Notes under the pieces: model-generated
Told to the model about the DNA's origin: nothing
The model's database searches: none
The model's input: only the letters and a program-made list of their open reading frames with translations
Made by a program: the position numbers and the translations under genes
In this document: piece after piece, positions 62,372 to 64,000 of the stretch
Numbering within the stretch: position 1 is the stretch's first letter
Layout: the number at the start of each line of letters is the position of its first letter
Assembly (NCBI GenBank): GCA_032718475.1
Contig: JAUCBJ010001100.1
Span: 1 to 64,000, forward strand
Direction of reading: 5' to 3'
DNA: 64,000 bases
DNA from: Nemertoderma westbladi
Lineage: Eukaryota; Animalia; Xenacoelomorpha

Positions 62372-64000
62372 TCCCAGGTCTCACCATAGGTTGCAAGTTC
62401 GGTATGTCTCTTGAGCGCAAAGTAACACCTGTATTTACATTAGCGTAGGTACTACACACATCTGTAATACATGAGGTTTCACCGTGCTTATGGTTGCTCA
62501 AGTGTGTCAAAATTGGTAGTTTGTCAATACAAGGCCGCTCCAATAGAGAAACTGCGGCTTTACTATCTGTCAATATGTTACTAATGTTCGGTTGAACATT
62601 TTGTGACATGTCTGGTAAAATATTTCGCGGAACATCCGGCGAAATATCTAGTGACGTGTCTGGCAAAACGTCTGGTTGACCGTCTAGTAACGTATCTGGC
62701 GATACGTCTGGTAACGTATCTGGTTGTTTGTCAATAGAAGGCCGCTCCAATAGAGAAACTGCGGCTTTACTATTTGTCAGTATGTCACTAGTGTCTGGTA
62801 GAACATTTTGTGACATGTCTGGCAAAATGTCTGGTTGACCGTCTGGTAACGTATCTGGCGATACGTCTGGTAACGTATCTGGTTGTTTGTCAATAGAAGG
62901 CCGCTCCAATAGAGAAACTGCGGCTTTACTATTTGTCAGTATGTCACTAGTGTCTGGTAGAACATTTTGTGACATGTCTGGCAAAATGTCTGGTTGACCG
63001 TCTGGTAACGTATCTGGCGATACGTCTGGTAACGTATCTGGTTGTTTGTCAATAGAAGGCCGCTCCAATAGAGAAACTGCGGCTTTACTATTTGTCAGTA
63101 TGTCACTAGTGTCTGGTAGAACATTTTGTGACATGTCTGGCAAAATGTCTGGTTGACCGTCTGGTAACGTGTCTGTTTGACCGTCTGGCGATATGTCTGG
63201 TGTAGAAAGGCTCGCAAGTCTTCCTCTCTTGACCTTTGAAGTTATCGCTTTCCATTTCGCCTTCGGTTTTTTCTTGAGTTTAGCCGCCGTCGTCCTTTTC
63301 TTTGCCTTCCCCTTTTTTGGTTTCTTGATTTCGGCGTCCTTAGGGATGGTGTTAGACTTGTTGTCGTATAACGGTGGCCAATCTTGCGTCGATTTCTGCA
63401 AGAATTGGGGTCCGTGTTGCCAAAATTCTTTGTTCTCCGGTTTACAGAATTCCTCAGGCATCATTCCTTGCGACGCAATATCGGCTGGGTTTTGTGGTCC
63501 GGGACAATGTCGCCAATCTTCTTTTATTGAAAGGTCTAGAATTTCTGCGCGACGGTTAGCTACGAATGTCTTGAATTCAAGTGTGTCGTTGTTTATGTAA
63601 AATAAAACCAACGTCGCGTCAGTCCAATAAAATATCTGTAAACTTGACTGTAGTTCTGTCTGTATAAGGTTCACGATGGTGGTTGACAGGGTTGCGGCTT
63701 GTAGCTCAGCTCGTGGTGTCGTCATATACTTAGTAGGCATTGTTTTTGCCTTAGAAGTAATGAGCGAAACATCGAATTCTTCTGAGTCTACTTGTCTGCG
63801 CAAGTAGGCTGCCACACCAAAACCGTTGTCACTAGCGTCGGAAAAACAGTGTAATTCCAAGCTGTCAGGAAATGTTGTTTGTAATGGAAAGTAGACTCTG
63901 GGTATGGAATAATCCTCTAGTGAAGATAATTCTGCCTCCCAGGTCTTCCATAAGTCCACTTGGTCTGATGAGATCGGCTCGTCCCATGTTAGTCCATCCT
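62331..64000 (-). CDS. pol: BEL/Pao pol: RT connection/RNase H (Peptidase_A17-like) region followed by Lys-rich and repeat-expanded linker; partial, frameshifted at its end
   Basis: WDEP, LHCFSDAS, SKAKTMP..TTPRAELQAA, WTDATLVL, KTFVANR, WRHCPGPQNPADIASQG, WQHGPQFL; frame is open to the window edge. Confidence 0.93.
   Translation of the reverse strand, partial: DGLTWDEPISSDQVDLWKTWEAELSSLEDYSIPRVYFPLQTTFPDSLELHCFSDASDNGFGVAAYLRRQVDSEEFDVSLITSKAKTMPTKYMTTPRAELQAATLSTTIVNLIQTELQSSLQIFYWTDATLVLFYINNDTLEFKTFVANRRAEILDLSIKEDWRHCPGPQNPADIASQGMMPEEFCKPENKEFWQHGPQFLQKSTQDWPPLYDNKSNTIPKDAEIKKPKKGKAKKRTTAAKLKKKPKAKWKAITSKVKRGRLASLSTPDISPDGQTDTLPDGQPDILPDMSQNVLPDTSDILTNSKAAVSLLERPSIDKQPDTLPDVSPDTLPDGQPDILPDMSQNVLPDTSDILTNSKAAVSLLERPSIDKQPDTLPDVSPDTLPDGQPDILPDMSQNVLPDTSDILTNSKAAVSLLERPSIDKQPDTLPDVSPDTLLDGQPDVLPDTSLDISPDVPRNILPDMSQNVQPNISNILTDSKAAVSLLERPCIDKLPILTHLSNHKHGETSCITDVCSTYANVNTGVTLRSRDIPNLQPMVRPGINVGRKISLPKPP
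62520..63200 (-). repeat. In-frame 159-bp (53-aa) coding tandem repeat, three near-identical copies plus one longer variant
   Basis: GGTTGTTTGTCAATAGAAGGCCGCTCC at 62722, 62881, 63040; peptide KAAVSLLERPSIDKQPDTLPDVSPDTLPDGQPDILPDMSQNVLPDTSDILTNS. Confidence 0.95.

Larger units (their letters stand above)
56439..64000 (-). mobile_element. BEL/Pao LTR retrotransposon, 3' portion (continues beyond the window end)
   Basis: BEL-type RNase H and integrase motifs in pol order, accessory frame, PPT-like tract and LTR-like promoter; left boundary is tentative. Confidence 0.88.

Overview
Eukaryotic (probably invertebrate animal) genomic DNA dominated by repeats; no prokaryotic genes, rRNA or CRISPR array. 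(1) 1800-36996 is a 35-kb strand-asymmetric satellite of mixed 23/27-bp monomers with kb-scale internal duplications; the many WWSSYTVSE-type ORFs are artefacts of it. (2) 37-50 kb is a patchwork of tRNA-derived SINE pieces, local segmental duplications, a Helentron/HINE-like element with an 18-bp array, a decayed RTE LINE, and three phase-compatible exons of a Ser/Thr-rich host gene that the ORF track misses. (3) 49.5-52.9 kb is one TSD-bounded RTE insertion with an internal inversion flanked by inverted duplications, interrupted by a hAT element (8-bp TSD) that itself contains a palindromic MITE. (4) A 61-bp satellite and a TG/G-run microsatellite follow. (5) 56.4-64 kb is the 3' part of a minus-strand BEL/Pao LTR retrotransposon. 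It has a large repeat-expanded linker between RNase H and integrase, an extra CCHC zinc-knuckle reading frame downstream of pol, a 22-28-bp motif dispersed five times through the element, and a candidate PPT plus LTR with CCAAT/HSE/TATA/polyA signals. This atypical BEL/Pao architecture is the most novel-looking system here. All calls are by eye; no searches were run.
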